DNA of 64,000 nucleotides from positions 2,848,001 through 2,912,000 of the forward strand of contig CAXXIA010000002.1 in the NCBI GenBank assembly GCA_963666985.2, read 5' to 3'. The translations under genes were made by a program, and so were the position numbers. The DNA is from Spirochaetia bacterium. Its GTDB lineage: Bacteria; Spirochaetota; Spirochaetia; DSM-2461. Of the stretch, positions 9,139 through 18,743 are shown one piece after another. The notes below the pieces were generated by a model, which was not told where the DNA came from, searched no databases, and saw only the letters and a program-made list of their open reading frames with translations. Position 1 is the first letter of the stretch. Each line of letters starts with the position of its first letter.

Positions 9139-10218
9139 CTATCCTTTGACGCTCTCGCAGCCTCCTTTGACGCGGCCGAGGCCGAGGGCGTTGAGAACGA
9201 GTTTGGGCAGCGGTTTGCCGGCCGGTCGTTTGGAGAGGTCCATGTACCAGCCGATTTTTTTCATGACAGGGAGTTTTTTTGTTTCGACGAACTCGATGAG
9301 GGTGCCGTCGGCATCTTCAATGTAGGTGAAGCGGCCGGCGGCTTCGCCCATGTCGAAGGGTGTGCCCGAATCGACGGTGAAGGGGAATCCGAGGGTTCCG
9401 AGGTGCTGCTGCAGGGCGTCCATGTCCTGGATGTCGAAGCAGAGGTGGATGAATCCGCCGTCGCCCCAGTAGCGGCCGGCAAGGATTTTATCGGGTTTGC
9501 GGTTGAGGGCCTGGACGAGTTCGATGCGGCTGGAGCCGAAGATGGGCGCGAAGGGGCCGGTGGGTTTTTGGCTTCGGGTGAGGAGGACGCGCCGGAAGTT
9601 CCCGCCGCCGCCGTTTAAGGGAGACCAGTCGGTGAAGCTGCCTTCCTGGTCGTAGAGGACGGTGTCGTAGCCTAATCCGTCGCGGTAGAGTTTCAGGGAT
9701 TTTTCAATGTCGGAGACGCCGATGAGGGCGCCGGCGGGTCCGCCGGTGGGGTGGCCTTTGGTTTTGTACCATTCGTCGGAATGGACGATTTGAAAGATGT
9801 TGCCCCAGGGATCGCGGACGAAGAAGGTGGGCTCGCCGTCGGGGCCCACGGCGGGGTTGCCGAGGACGGTGGCGCCCGAATCCACGAGGTATCTGTGAGC
9901 GGTTACCGGGTCGTCGGTTTTGATGCGGGCGGCGAAGATGCCGGTGTCGCCGAGTTTGGGCGGTTTCTCCGGGAAGACGGTTTTCCGGCTGGTGTACTGC
10001 CAGATTTCAAAGCCGCCTCCTCCGCGGAGGTTGACGGCCAGGATGGCGTAGCGGGATTGGACTTTGCCGCCGGTGTATTTGGTCATGAAGGGAGCTTCGG
10101 CGGCTTCTTTGAACACGGGGATGTCCATGCCGAAGCGGCACCGGTACCATTTCCATGCTTCGTCGGCGTCCGGGATGCCGATGCCGATTTGCTGTATTCC
10201 GCTGATAAGATGGGCCAT
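9139..10218 (-). CDS. two-domain VOC/glyoxalase-family protein
   Basis: GIQQIGIGI, FVRDPWGNIFQI, IGVSDIEKSLKLY, HLCFD, YIEDADGTLIEFVE; AAGGAG RBS. Confidence 0.88.
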   Translation of the reverse strand: MAHLISGIQQIGIGIPDADEAWKWYRCRFGMDIPVFKEAAEAPFMTKYTGGKVQSRYAILAVNLRGGGGFEIWQYTSRKTVFPEKPPKLGDTGIFAARIKTDDPVTAHRYLVDSGATVLGNPAVGPDGEPTFFVRDPWGNIFQIVHSDEWYKTKGHPTGGPAGALIGVSDIEKSLKLYRDGLGYDTVLYDQEGSFTDWSPLNGGGGNFRRVLLTRSQKPTGPFAPIFGSSRIELVQALNRKPDKILAGRYWGDGGFIHLCFDIQDMDALQQHLGTLGFPFTVDSGTPFDMGEAAGRFTYIEDADGTLIEFVETKKLPVMKKIGWYMDLSKRPAGKPLPKLVLNALGLGRVKGGCESVKG

Positions 10219-10708
10219 GTTTTCTCCTTGGGGGGCCGCGCCGCCCGATGAGGTGGGGTTCGGCGGCTTTTTGCTTTTTCTTTTATCACTGCCGGCGGGT
10301 TTGACGCCGACGGTTTTGTTACTCCGATTACCAGCAGGATAGGCCGGGCTGCGGCGGTTCTGCCGCGCCGGTTCGGCTCTTCCATGCCGCTGCCGCGCCG
10401 CCGGTTCGGTAATTCTCAGCTCCTATTCCGCGATTATGCGGGGTCTGTTCCGATCCGGCGAATCCGTTATCGAATCCATTATAGAGAATCTCGGTGATTT
10501 CCGCCGCTATTATCGGACGATAAAATCCGGAATCGTTCGGGCGGCTTGAAGATGGCGTCCATAATCCTGATATGCCGCTTCTTAACAAAAAGTTCATCTG
10601 TGTTTATGCCGTTTTTATACTCATGTATTTTTAACACGGGTAAGTTCAATGTGGATCTTTTAGTTTCTCATGTCCTTCTCGGGCGATTCTTTTTCTATAG
10701 GATACGGC

Positions 10709-11740
10709 ATGCGCTTACGGACAATTCTTACGGCATCGATTTTTATCGGTGTTGTCTCTTCCTGTTTCGCGGATCTTTCATTGGCGAAAGGATTGGATCT
10801 GGAATCGAAAATGCGTTTTCGGACCGATCAGGACAGTATCGATGATGAATACTTTACTCTCGACGCGGAACTGAAACTCAAGTACGAAACGAAAACCGAT
10901 TTTGATTTTCGGATGGAATCCGAACTTGATAGAGACGGTGTCCGATTATCGGAACTTTGGGGCAGATATAAATTCGACGAATGGCGTATGAAGGCCGGGA
11001 TGTTCGAAAATATTCTTCTCGGAGACGATTTTCTCTCCGGAGAACGGTGTTTTTTTTCATCCGATAATATCGTTTCGGAGCGACTGCGGTACATGGGATG
11101 GTATTCTTCCGCCGCGACCGGAGTCTCTCTTTACAGGAACGCAAAGGATGATGAAAGCGCGTACGGGGTTTATTCGCATGCCTTTTTTCATCCGTCTTCG
11201 GCGGAGTTTCAATTTGATGTCGGCGGATATTGGGCCTATGCCGGCGAAGATACTTTTCTCGGCGGAATCGCCGCGTATTATCCGTTCTTCATTCATGATG
11301 CTTGGTACGGTGATTCGTCGTATGTTCAAAAGCATAATTTTCTGATGTCCGTCTATGCGGCGGATTTTCGCGAAGAAAAAGCGTTTGTTTATAAAGTCGA
11401 GGCCCTCGTTGCGAGCAATCTTATCGATCCGGTCGGATTCATTCATTTCCCGAGCGGTACCGACGGAAGCCTGTTTTTCGGAACCTGCACGTATTTCGGT
11501 TTTCCAATCGCGGGAGAAAGCGTTGTTGTTACACCGGGACTGCGTTTTTCTTATCTCATGCACAGCTTTGAACAGCCTCGTTCAAACGACATGGAATATG
11601 TGTTCTCGGGAACGTTTCGGCTGCATGACGTTCTAACAATGAACGGCGGAATCGGAATCGGGACGAGCACCTACTACGATGCGAAATGGGTTACGGCTCT
11701 GGAGCTGTTATGGAATCTGGAAGTCTCCGTTCGAATCTAG
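10709..11740 (+). CDS. putative outer-membrane beta-barrel/porin-like protein
   Basis: Signal peptide MRLRTILTASIFIGVVSSCFA; alternating hydrophobic/aromatic strands; LSELWGRYKF…RMKAGMF resembles porin strands. Alternative start at 10670. Confidence 0.55.
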   Translation: MRLRTILTASIFIGVVSSCFADLSLAKGLDLESKMRFRTDQDSIDDEYFTLDAELKLKYETKTDFDFRMESELDRDGVRLSELWGRYKFDEWRMKAGMFENILLGDDFLSGERCFFSSDNIVSERLRYMGWYSSAATGVSLYRNAKDDESAYGVYSHAFFHPSSAEFQFDVGGYWAYAGEDTFLGGIAAYYPFFIHDAWYGDSSYVQKHNFLMSVYAADFREEKAFVYKVEALVASNLIDPVGFIHFPSGTDGSLFFGTCTYFGFPIAGESVVVTPGLRFSYLMHSFEQPRSNDMEYVFSGTFRLHDVLTMNGGIGIGTSTYYDAKWVTALELLWNLEVSVRI

Positions 11741-12804
11741 CCGTTCTCGCGGGTGTGTTTTTTCTCGCTTCTTGCGGGGAAATCGTCGGATTCCGAGAAC
11801 AAACGACGGAGATCGGCGACTTGCCGAGATTCGATATTCATATCGGCGATGACGAGCTGGAAATCCTTTACGAAAGTTTGACCAACGATGCGTATGCCTC
11901 CTGCCGTTTCGACGACGGTTCCGGAAGCCGGTCGGCGGGGATTCGGATACGCGGAGATTCATCGAGAATGCATCCGAAGAAATCCTTCACGCTTGTTTTC
12001 GACGAGGAGGGGACGGAAGTCAAGACGGCACTGGATTCCGGAGGAGATCCCTGGTTCCTTTACAATATGGCGATGTATGCCTACGGCAGCGTCGGTCTTC
12101 CGGCGCCGCAGCTTCAGCCCGTGGCTTTGTTCCTGAACGATTCGTATCTCGGTTATTACAGCGTGATTCGGATGTATTCCGAAGATTTGAATGAGTTTTA
12201 CCGAAGCGATAACGGCGAGCTGTTCAAATTCTCATACAATGCGGAGAACGGCGCCGAGAAGAAATTTCCGGATAACGGCGACTATTCCCGATTCCATGAA
12301 CTTTTGCTGAACGCCGAACAGATGTCTTCCGAAGAATGGGTGGACTGGTGTGAAGAACACATCGATATCGAATCCGCCGCGAAGTACGTGGTCGTCAGTG
12401 ATTATCTGGGCATTTGGGATATCAAAGATAAGAATTTCTATGTGTATTTCGGGGATACGATCCGCATACTGCCGTGGGACAACGATCAAGGACTGACGTA
12501 CTCCAATCCCGGCGGCGATGATGTGATTACCTCGCGTCTGTTCGAATCGCCGGTGTTTCTGGAATATTACGGCGAGTCTCTGAAAAAATACTTTTTGAAT
12601 ACCGGATCGGATAATATCGTATCTCTCTTGGAGGAACGGCTGGAAGATTTGGCGGAGATTCTGGATACTCCGGCGAGGAATTCGTCGGTTTTCTTTCTTA
12701 CCTACGAGGATTTCCTCGAAGAATTGGATGAGTTTCGAACGTTTCTGTATACCAGGAGCGATCAGATCCGTTCCGCTTCCGAATGGACGGAGTATATCGA
12801 ATGA
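11710..12804 (+). CDS. CotH kinase-family lipoprotein
   Basis: Lipobox FFLASC; CotH-type motifs IRIRGDSSR..PKKSF, YLGYY, LFK, D…KNFYVY, LPWDND. Alternative start at 11686. Confidence 0.85.
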   Translation: MESGSLRSNLAVLAGVFFLASCGEIVGFREQTTEIGDLPRFDIHIGDDELEILYESLTNDAYASCRFDDGSGSRSAGIRIRGDSSRMHPKKSFTLVFDEEGTEVKTALDSGGDPWFLYNMAMYAYGSVGLPAPQLQPVALFLNDSYLGYYSVIRMYSEDLNEFYRSDNGELFKFSYNAENGAEKKFPDNGDYSRFHELLLNAEQMSSEEWVDWCEEHIDIESAAKYVVVSDYLGIWDIKDKNFYVYFGDTIRILPWDNDQGLTYSNPGGDDVITSRLFESPVFLEYYGESLKKYFLNTGSDNIVSLLEERLEDLAEILDTPARNSSVFFLTYEDFLEELDEFRTFLYTRSDQIRSASEWTEYIE

Positions 12805-13592
12805 TCGACCCACAACGTCTGCAATTCGGATTGGCCGAGGCGCTGGACCGACCGATATCCGGCATCGAACTTACTCCGAAGATTATCCTGCTCAGGCTCG
12901 GCATGACATTCATGCTGACCTTGATACTGTCTCAGCTTTACAGATATACGAATCGGGAGAAGAGGGATTCTCATGTCATGATGCATTCGATGGTTTATAT
13001 CGGAACCATCCTTTCCGGCGCCATGATGATTATCGGTACGAATTTGGCCACGGCATTCGGCCTCCTGGGGGCTGTTTCCATTATTCGCTTTCGGACAATC
13101 GTCGAGAACTCGGTGGATATGTCCTTCATTTTCCTTTCCATTGTCATCGGGATTTCTTCGGGTTTGGGACTTTTTGTCCATGCTCTGGTTATCAGCGTTT
13201 TCGTCGGTACGGCGATGTTTCTTCTTAATTTCGTCTACAAGAAGAAACATCCTCCGAATCCGAATGCCGTTCGCCTGGTGGTTTCCGTGAAGCGAAAGGT
13301 CTTCCAGTCCCGGGAAGTCACGTCCCTTTTGGAGGAACTCGGCAGCGAGGCCAGCTTGAAGAGTCTTCAGACGAAGAATAAAACGGTCGTTTTGGACTTT
13401 GAAATGCCCGTAACCGAGGATTCTGCGCGGAACCTCAGAATCATGCTTGACGATTTGACCGCGATGGACGATTCGGTCCGGGTTAAGATTTCGAAAATCT
13501 CGGCTCGAGATTTCAGTAATGCCGGGGAAGATCTCCAGTCCGTCTGGCTGTCGGGGAAAAAAGCTCCGTTGTCTCTCGACAGCAAGGATTAA
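12801..13592 (+). CDS. DUF4956-family (MgtC-like) membrane protein
   Basis: IGTNLATAFGLLGAVSIIRFRT…DMSFIFLSIVIGISSG signature; ATGA overlap with the CotH stop. Confidence 0.85.
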   Translation: MIDPQRLQFGLAEALDRPISGIELTPKIILLRLGMTFMLTLILSQLYRYTNREKRDSHVMMHSMVYIGTILSGAMMIIGTNLATAFGLLGAVSIIRFRTIVENSVDMSFIFLSIVIGISSGLGLFVHALVISVFVGTAMFLLNFVYKKKHPPNPNAVRLVVSVKRKVFQSREVTSLLEELGSEASLKSLQTKNKTVVLDFEMPVTEDSARNLRIMLDDLTAMDDSVRVKISKISARDFSNAGEDLQSVWLSGKKAPLSLDSKD

Positions 13593-13645
13593 TCGCTCAT
13601 CATTATTCCGTCCTGAATAACTTCCGTTATCTAGGACGGCCCCAT

Positions 13646-16600
13646 CTATTTTAATCCGATGGGGAAATCCTGGCCGAAAACAAATCCGGTCGGGAACTGA
13701 GCTTCGCCCGCGTACTCTTCTGTTAATTCGGGCAGATTCGTTTCCACGTAGCTTTTCAGGCTCCCCACGGTTATTTGACCGTTGGATTGCGCGGCCTCTC
13801 CGGCCAGCCCGTTCAAAATCGCTTTGGTTAAGGCTCCCTGTCCGAGGGTTGCGAATTCCTGTGCGAATTGATCTTCGCGGCTGGCGGCGATAAGCGTGGA
13901 TCCGGTTGCTCGGCTCAGACGCGACAGGGCGATTTCCTCTCCCGCGCCGCGGACGGCAAAGGCGGAATTGATGGCTCCCGAATTGCAGGCATCCAGTACC
14001 ATAAACTGCTTTCGTGCGGGTACGGCGCTGATAAGTTCTTCGAATTCAGGCCCCGATAGGCCCAATCGCTCCACCTGACTTAAATCGGTCATCTGCGTAA
14101 CATCGGTGGGAATGAAAAAGAATTCCGAGCGCTCGGTTTCCTCATACTCCAGAGCGATTCCGTGACCGGCAAAAAAGAACATGAACACATCTTCCGGTTT
14201 CGATTCGGATTGGATGCCGCGGATGGCGGAGCTAATGCCTGCGCGGGTTGCCTCGGTATCCGTGAGAAGCGTTGATTCAATGTTTTTAAAGAGCCCTCCG
14301 GCGGCTTTTTCAACCGCGGCGATGAAGCTTATCGCATCGGTTTTGGCATAATTCAAATCGTAGCGGCCGTTTCTGTATTCGTTTATTCCAACGGAAATAA
14401 TCCAGAGAGTCGGTTCCGCCCTGCGGGGAGCCCGATAACTGATCAAAGCCTGGGCGGGATTGCTTTCCACCCGGGAATCGGAAAAGCCGACGGCTCGGAG
14501 AAGATTTTCACCGCCGCTCAGTTGGATTGTAAACGTATGGATGTTTTGGGAGTGCGCCGTTGAGCCGAGCCCTCGGGTTGTTCCCGATACCCGGGTGCCG
14601 TTGTGGAAGAGCCGGATTTCGTCGACGCCTCCGCCCTGATCGGACGCTTCAACCCGAATCCTTAAGTTCCCGTCGCTGATTTTGTAATCCGAATCTCCTT
14701 CGTTTATAAGAGAGAAGACTCCGTTTGTTCTTTCGGCTTTAATTGTAATGTTCGGTGGTGCTTTAAAACCGTCCGTCAGGTTTCGGGACGCGGGGAGGTT
14801 TGAGATATCTCTTCCGGCAGCGGTGGCTTCGACGATATCCGGCCGGTAAAAAACATCAAAGAATTGGTCTATGGAATAGGCCGTCAGGCCGTTGACGATA
14901 TACACGGCTTTGCGCGCGAATTCTTTATCACCGGAAAAGTACCCATCCGGGGTCCAAACAACCGAATTCCCTTCGGGGTTAAGGACGATCGAATAAATCA
15001 GCCGTCCGTCGGGGATGCTCCAGAGGTTGATGATTCCATTCTCCGAGCAGGAGAGCAGCCGGCTGCCGTCTATGGTGAAAGCCAGAGAATTAACCGATCC
15101 TGTAAATCCCCGCAAGGTGAGAATCTCTTTTCCGGTTGCCTTCTCCCAGAGCCGCAGAGTTCTGTCGTTTGAACCGGAAGCGAGCAGACGGCCGTCCGAA
15201 GAGAAGGCGATTGTATTCACAACATTCTCATGTCCGATGAAGGATCTGATGAATCTTCCGCTTTCCATATCATACAGATGGATTTGATTATCCAAACCAC
15301 CGCCGGCAACCAGAGTTCCATCGGAAGTAAAGGCAACGCTTTGCGAGAAGTTTATGCTGCTCCGGTCGTGATATTTCCGGATATGCCGGCCCGTCGCGCC
15401 GTCGATGAGAGCCATTCCCCCATTGCTGTGGGATAAGATAAATCGGCCGTCCGGAGAGTAGGCGAAATCACGCGGCGTATCCCCGCCGGTTCCACTGTCG
15501 ATTTCACGAAGGAGTTCTCCTGTTTGAACATCAACGGCATAAATGGTCTTGTCTCCTCCTATTGAGTAGAGCAGGGTCCTGCCGTCCGGAGAAATCTCAA
15601 CATCGGTAATTTTTCCGTATATGTTTTTTCCGTTAAACGTGTTGAGCAGGCGTTTGTTCGGAATATCCCAGATAGAGACGGTTCCGTTGTCTCTGCCTGA
15701 AACCGCCAGCGCACCGGAGGGTGTAATGGATATGTCAAGAATCTCTCTGTTTTTGAGTACGATTCTCTGATTGTTCGGATGAACAAAGGTTTGGACGGTT
15801 CGGCCGGTGGCAAGGTCGAATCGTCCCATGAGCCCGTTCATTCCGCAGCAGTAAAATGTTTTTCCGTCGGGGCCTATCCGGAGGGTATTCAGGGCTGTGG
15901 CCGCCGGTTCCAGACTGTAGCGTTTTTTGCCGTCGCCGGCATCCAGCATAACCAGAGTCCGGTCATAGTCGCCCGTAATCGCTATCTTCGAATTATCCGG
16001 TGTAAGAGAGATGCGATGGTTGTATATATCGGAACTTTCCCAGTCCATGTTTCCCGTGGCAATATTCCAACGGTAAATTTTCCCATAAGCATTGGATATC
16101 AGAAAACGGCCGTCTTTTGATATTTGAACATCCTTGATTTCCCTCTCGTGGGAGAAGGTTCTGATAATCCGTCCGGTGGCGGCATCCGCGAGAGTTATTG
16201 TTTTATTATCGTTGGATGTGAACGCCAGATAGCGGCCGTCGGGGGACCATGTCGAGGGCCGGATGCCTTCCCATTCCTGTTCTATTTCGCCGCTTTCCAT
16301 ATTAAGAAGCTTGATTCCGCTGTCGGCCGCTCCAAGGTTGGCAAGCAGAACGGTTTCGTCCCGCGGTGAAAAATGTACGGAAGAATAATTGAAATGGAAT
16401 CCCGAAAAATCCTGAAGTTTCCGGCCTGTTTTTAAATCCCAGAGCATAACGTGGTTGTCATTGGAGCAGGTAACGAGTCTCTCTCCATCGCCGGACAGAT
16501 CCGTTCCGGAGGGATGTCCTTGGTGACCGCTTAAGCGGAGGCTCCGTATCTGCCGACCGCTGCCGATTTCGAAAACAGAGTAATTGATGGCGTTACCATC

Positions 16601-17020
16601 TTTTCGGCCTCCTGTTTGGGTATATATGACATTTTTGCCGTCGTCTGAGAATCGGAAGTACATGATATGCTTATCGATGGCGCCTTCAACCAGTGTACGA
16701 ACGATAAAACCGGAAGACGATTCCACAAGATACAAATTGCGGTCCGACATAATCAGGAAATAAGCTCCGTCCGGAGACCAGACAACTTTCCCGTATCTGA
16801 AATATTTTCCGGCCGAAGCAACCTGAATACCCAGTTCATCGGAACGAAGACGTCCGGCCCATCTCCGGAAATCCTCCGCTTTCTGCTGCCGATCATTCCG
16901 CAGGGCCGCCAAATACGCCGTATCGGGCGTGTACTGCTGCGCGGAAAGTGAAGCGGGAAGAAGAAAGGTAAGCAGACACAGTATTCGGAAGAGTCTTCGC
17001 GGCTGGGAGTTCTTGTTCAT
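13646..17020 (-). CDS. exported WD40-repeat protein with C-terminal caspase-like (peptidase C14) domain
   Basis: Signal peptide; many GH…WD-type repeats (e.g. GHENVVNTIAFSSDGRLLASGSNDRTLRLWE); catalytic FAGHG and LDACNSG; GGAGG RBS. Confidence 0.9.
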   Translation of the reverse strand: MNKNSQPRRLFRILCLLTFLLPASLSAQQYTPDTAYLAALRNDRQQKAEDFRRWAGRLRSDELGIQVASAGKYFRYGKVVWSPDGAYFLIMSDRNLYLVESSSGFIVRTLVEGAIDKHIMYFRFSDDGKNVIYTQTGGRKDGNAINYSVFEIGSGRQIRSLRLSGHQGHPSGTDLSGDGERLVTCSNDNHVMLWDLKTGRKLQDFSGFHFNYSSVHFSPRDETVLLANLGAADSGIKLLNMESGEIEQEWEGIRPSTWSPDGRYLAFTSNDNKTITLADAATGRIIRTFSHEREIKDVQISKDGRFLISNAYGKIYRWNIATGNMDWESSDIYNHRISLTPDNSKIAITGDYDRTLVMLDAGDGKKRYSLEPAATALNTLRIGPDGKTFYCCGMNGLMGRFDLATGRTVQTFVHPNNQRIVLKNREILDISITPSGALAVSGRDNGTVSIWDIPNKRLLNTFNGKNIYGKITDVEISPDGRTLLYSIGGDKTIYAVDVQTGELLREIDSGTGGDTPRDFAYSPDGRFILSHSNGGMALIDGATGRHIRKYHDRSSINFSQSVAFTSDGTLVAGGGLDNQIHLYDMESGRFIRSFIGHENVVNTIAFSSDGRLLASGSNDRTLRLWEKATGKEILTLRGFTGSVNSLAFTIDGSRLLSCSENGIINLWSIPDGRLIYSIVLNPEGNSVVWTPDGYFSGDKEFARKAVYIVNGLTAYSIDQFFDVFYRPDIVEATAAGRDISNLPASRNLTDGFKAPPNITIKAERTNGVFSLINEGDSDYKISDGNLRIRVEASDQGGGVDEIRLFHNGTRVSGTTRGLGSTAHSQNIHTFTIQLSGGENLLRAVGFSDSRVESNPAQALISYRAPRRAEPTLWIISVGINEYRNGRYDLNYAKTDAISFIAAVEKAAGGLFKNIESTLLTDTEATRAGISSAIRGIQSESKPEDVFMFFFAGHGIALEYEETERSEFFFIPTDVTQMTDLSQVERLGLSGPEFEELISAVPARKQFMVLDACNSGAINSAFAVRGAGEEIALSRLSRATGSTLIAASREDQFAQEFATLGQGALTKAILNGLAGEAAQSNGQITVGSLKSYVETNLPELTEEYAGEAQFPTGFVFGQDFPIGLK

Positions 17021-17307
17021 TTATTTCCTCCGAAGCATCAGACCGTGATTGTTTAAAAAAGAAATGGTTGTTTTGAAGAACACTAAAAAGGATTGTATCG
17101 GCACAAAGCTCGTTTTTCCATGACTTTATTCGATGAACGGCGGTTATTGCCGCCGGCTTTGCCGAGAGCCGAACGGCGGTGTTTCTCCGATGAGCCGCTG
17201 TGATTTTTCATCGGCGGACCGCCGATGATTACCGAAAGCGGTTTTTACCGTATCCTAATCTCCGCTCGGCTTGACTGTGCCGTCTTCCGACTTCGATAAT
17301 AACTCCG

Positions 17308-17940
17308 ATGAACGGGAACATGCCGTCGATGGGTTTCTTTTTCTGCTTATTCCTCCTTGCGTTTCCTTCCTGCCGGAACAGTGGGGACATTGCGGCGGTT
17401 GCCGGCGAAATCCCCGATACGGTTTCCGAAAACTTCCGGCAGGTGACTGTTTCTTCAACGGGCCGGATTGAAATTGAGAGTCAAAGGGTGGAAACCTTCG
17501 CCAAGAAGGAGCTTACGGTTTTCTCCGAGGCGTCCGTGAAGGAGTTTGACGCGGAAGGAACACCCACTTTGGAGGGCCGAGCCGATCATATCGAGACCGA
17601 AGGCGGCGGGGAAGGGCATGCCCACGGAGATATTTTTATTCACGATATTCCCGGCGAGTTTCGGCTTGAAGCCGAACGGCTTGAATGGAACGATAAGGAA
17701 CGGCTTCTTACGGGTGTAGGGCCGGTCGATATTGAAACCGGCGACGGTTTGACGGTACGGGGCGAGGGGTTTACGGCGGATATGGCAAGAGAAACGTTTT
17801 CATTTTCCGAGGGCGCCGAAGGGACGTTAACGTCAAAAGATTCGAAGGATTCGGAAGGGAAAGACTCTTCCGGTTCCGTACGTGTGGATTTTAATGATGC
17901 CGGCCGTGAAAAGTCCGTTTCCGGAGGGGAATCATCTTAA
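17308..17940 (+). CDS. lptC: LPS/glycolipid export ABC transporter periplasmic protein LptC
   Basis: Lipoprotein-like N-terminus; LEAERLEW, GEGFTADM beta-jellyroll pattern; first gene of the lptCAB cluster. Confidence 0.78.
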   Translation: MNGNMPSMGFFFCLFLLAFPSCRNSGDIAAVAGEIPDTVSENFRQVTVSSTGRIEIESQRVETFAKKELTVFSEASVKEFDAEGTPTLEGRADHIETEGGGEGHAHGDIFIHDIPGEFRLEAERLEWNDKERLLTGVGPVDIETGDGLTVRGEGFTADMARETFSFSEGAEGTLTSKDSKDSEGKDSSGSVRVDFNDAGREKSVSGGESS

Positions 17941-18743
17941 TGTATTGCTTCCGGATTCCATGCTTTTTCACTCTCTTTGTTTTATTGGTTTTTTCCCCGA
18001 TTCTTCCGGGCCTTTTCGCCGAAACATGGAAGTTTTCCGCGGATAAGGTTTCCAGCGCACAGAGTGAGAGGGAAAAATCAACGGTGCTGGAAGGGAATGC
18101 TCGGGTGGAATCCGAAGAAATGGTTATTCTTGCCGAACATTTGAATCTTTCGGGAGACGATTACGGCAATATTACCGGCCGCGGCGGCGTTTCTTTGGAT
18201 GATACCGGAAAGGGCATCCATATCGAATCGGGCCGCTTTGAATACGATAGGGATACGAACATTCTGAAGTTTCGTGATTTGGTAACATTGGTGGACGAGG
18301 AGGAGGGAATCGTCATCAGGTGCGAGTCTTTGGATTTTCTGGAAGACGAAGAGCTCCTTATCCTCCAAGTGGCTGTGCGGCTTATCAAGGACGGGACGGT
18401 GTGTCGAGGCGAATTCGCCACCTTCCGGCGCGAAGAGAATGTTCTGGATATTTCGGGACGCCCCGTGGTATGGCGCGATAGCGATGAGTACCGAGCGGAT
18501 CGCATCCGTATTGATTTGGAAACGGATGAAATAACCATGGAAGGAACCGTTGTCGGAGAACTTACGGCCGAGAACGACGAGAAAAAAGGCGCGGAGGGGA
18601 GTGAAAAAGCGGAAAGGCCGCAGGAACCGTCTTTCGGCGAAAACAGGGATTCCGAAGCACCGCCGCAGGCGCCTCCCGGAGAGTCCCCGAATTCGAATTC
18701 GCCGCCGAACGCTCCCCCCGGCCCGACGGAAGGAACCGAATGA
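17940..18743 (+). CDS. lptA: LptA/OstA-family protein
   Basis: FSAD…TVLEGNARV, ISGRPVVWR..DEYRADRI; lies between lptC and lptB; Pro-rich C-tail. Confidence 0.78.
   Translation: MYCFRIPCFFTLFVLLVFSPILPGLFAETWKFSADKVSSAQSEREKSTVLEGNARVESEEMVILAEHLNLSGDDYGNITGRGGVSLDDTGKGIHIESGRFEYDRDTNILKFRDLVTLVDEEEGIVIRCESLDFLEDEELLILQVAVRLIKDGTVCRGEFATFRREENVLDISGRPVVWRDSDEYRADRIRIDLETDEITMEGTVVGELTAENDEKKGAEGSEKAERPQEPSFGENRDSEAPPQAPPGESPNSNSPPNAPPGPTEGTE

Noticed and set aside
10361..10409. Direct repeat TGCCGCGCCG(CCG)GTTCGG x2
   Set aside because: Two imperfect copies with no spacer periodicity; not a CRISPR array or an IS end
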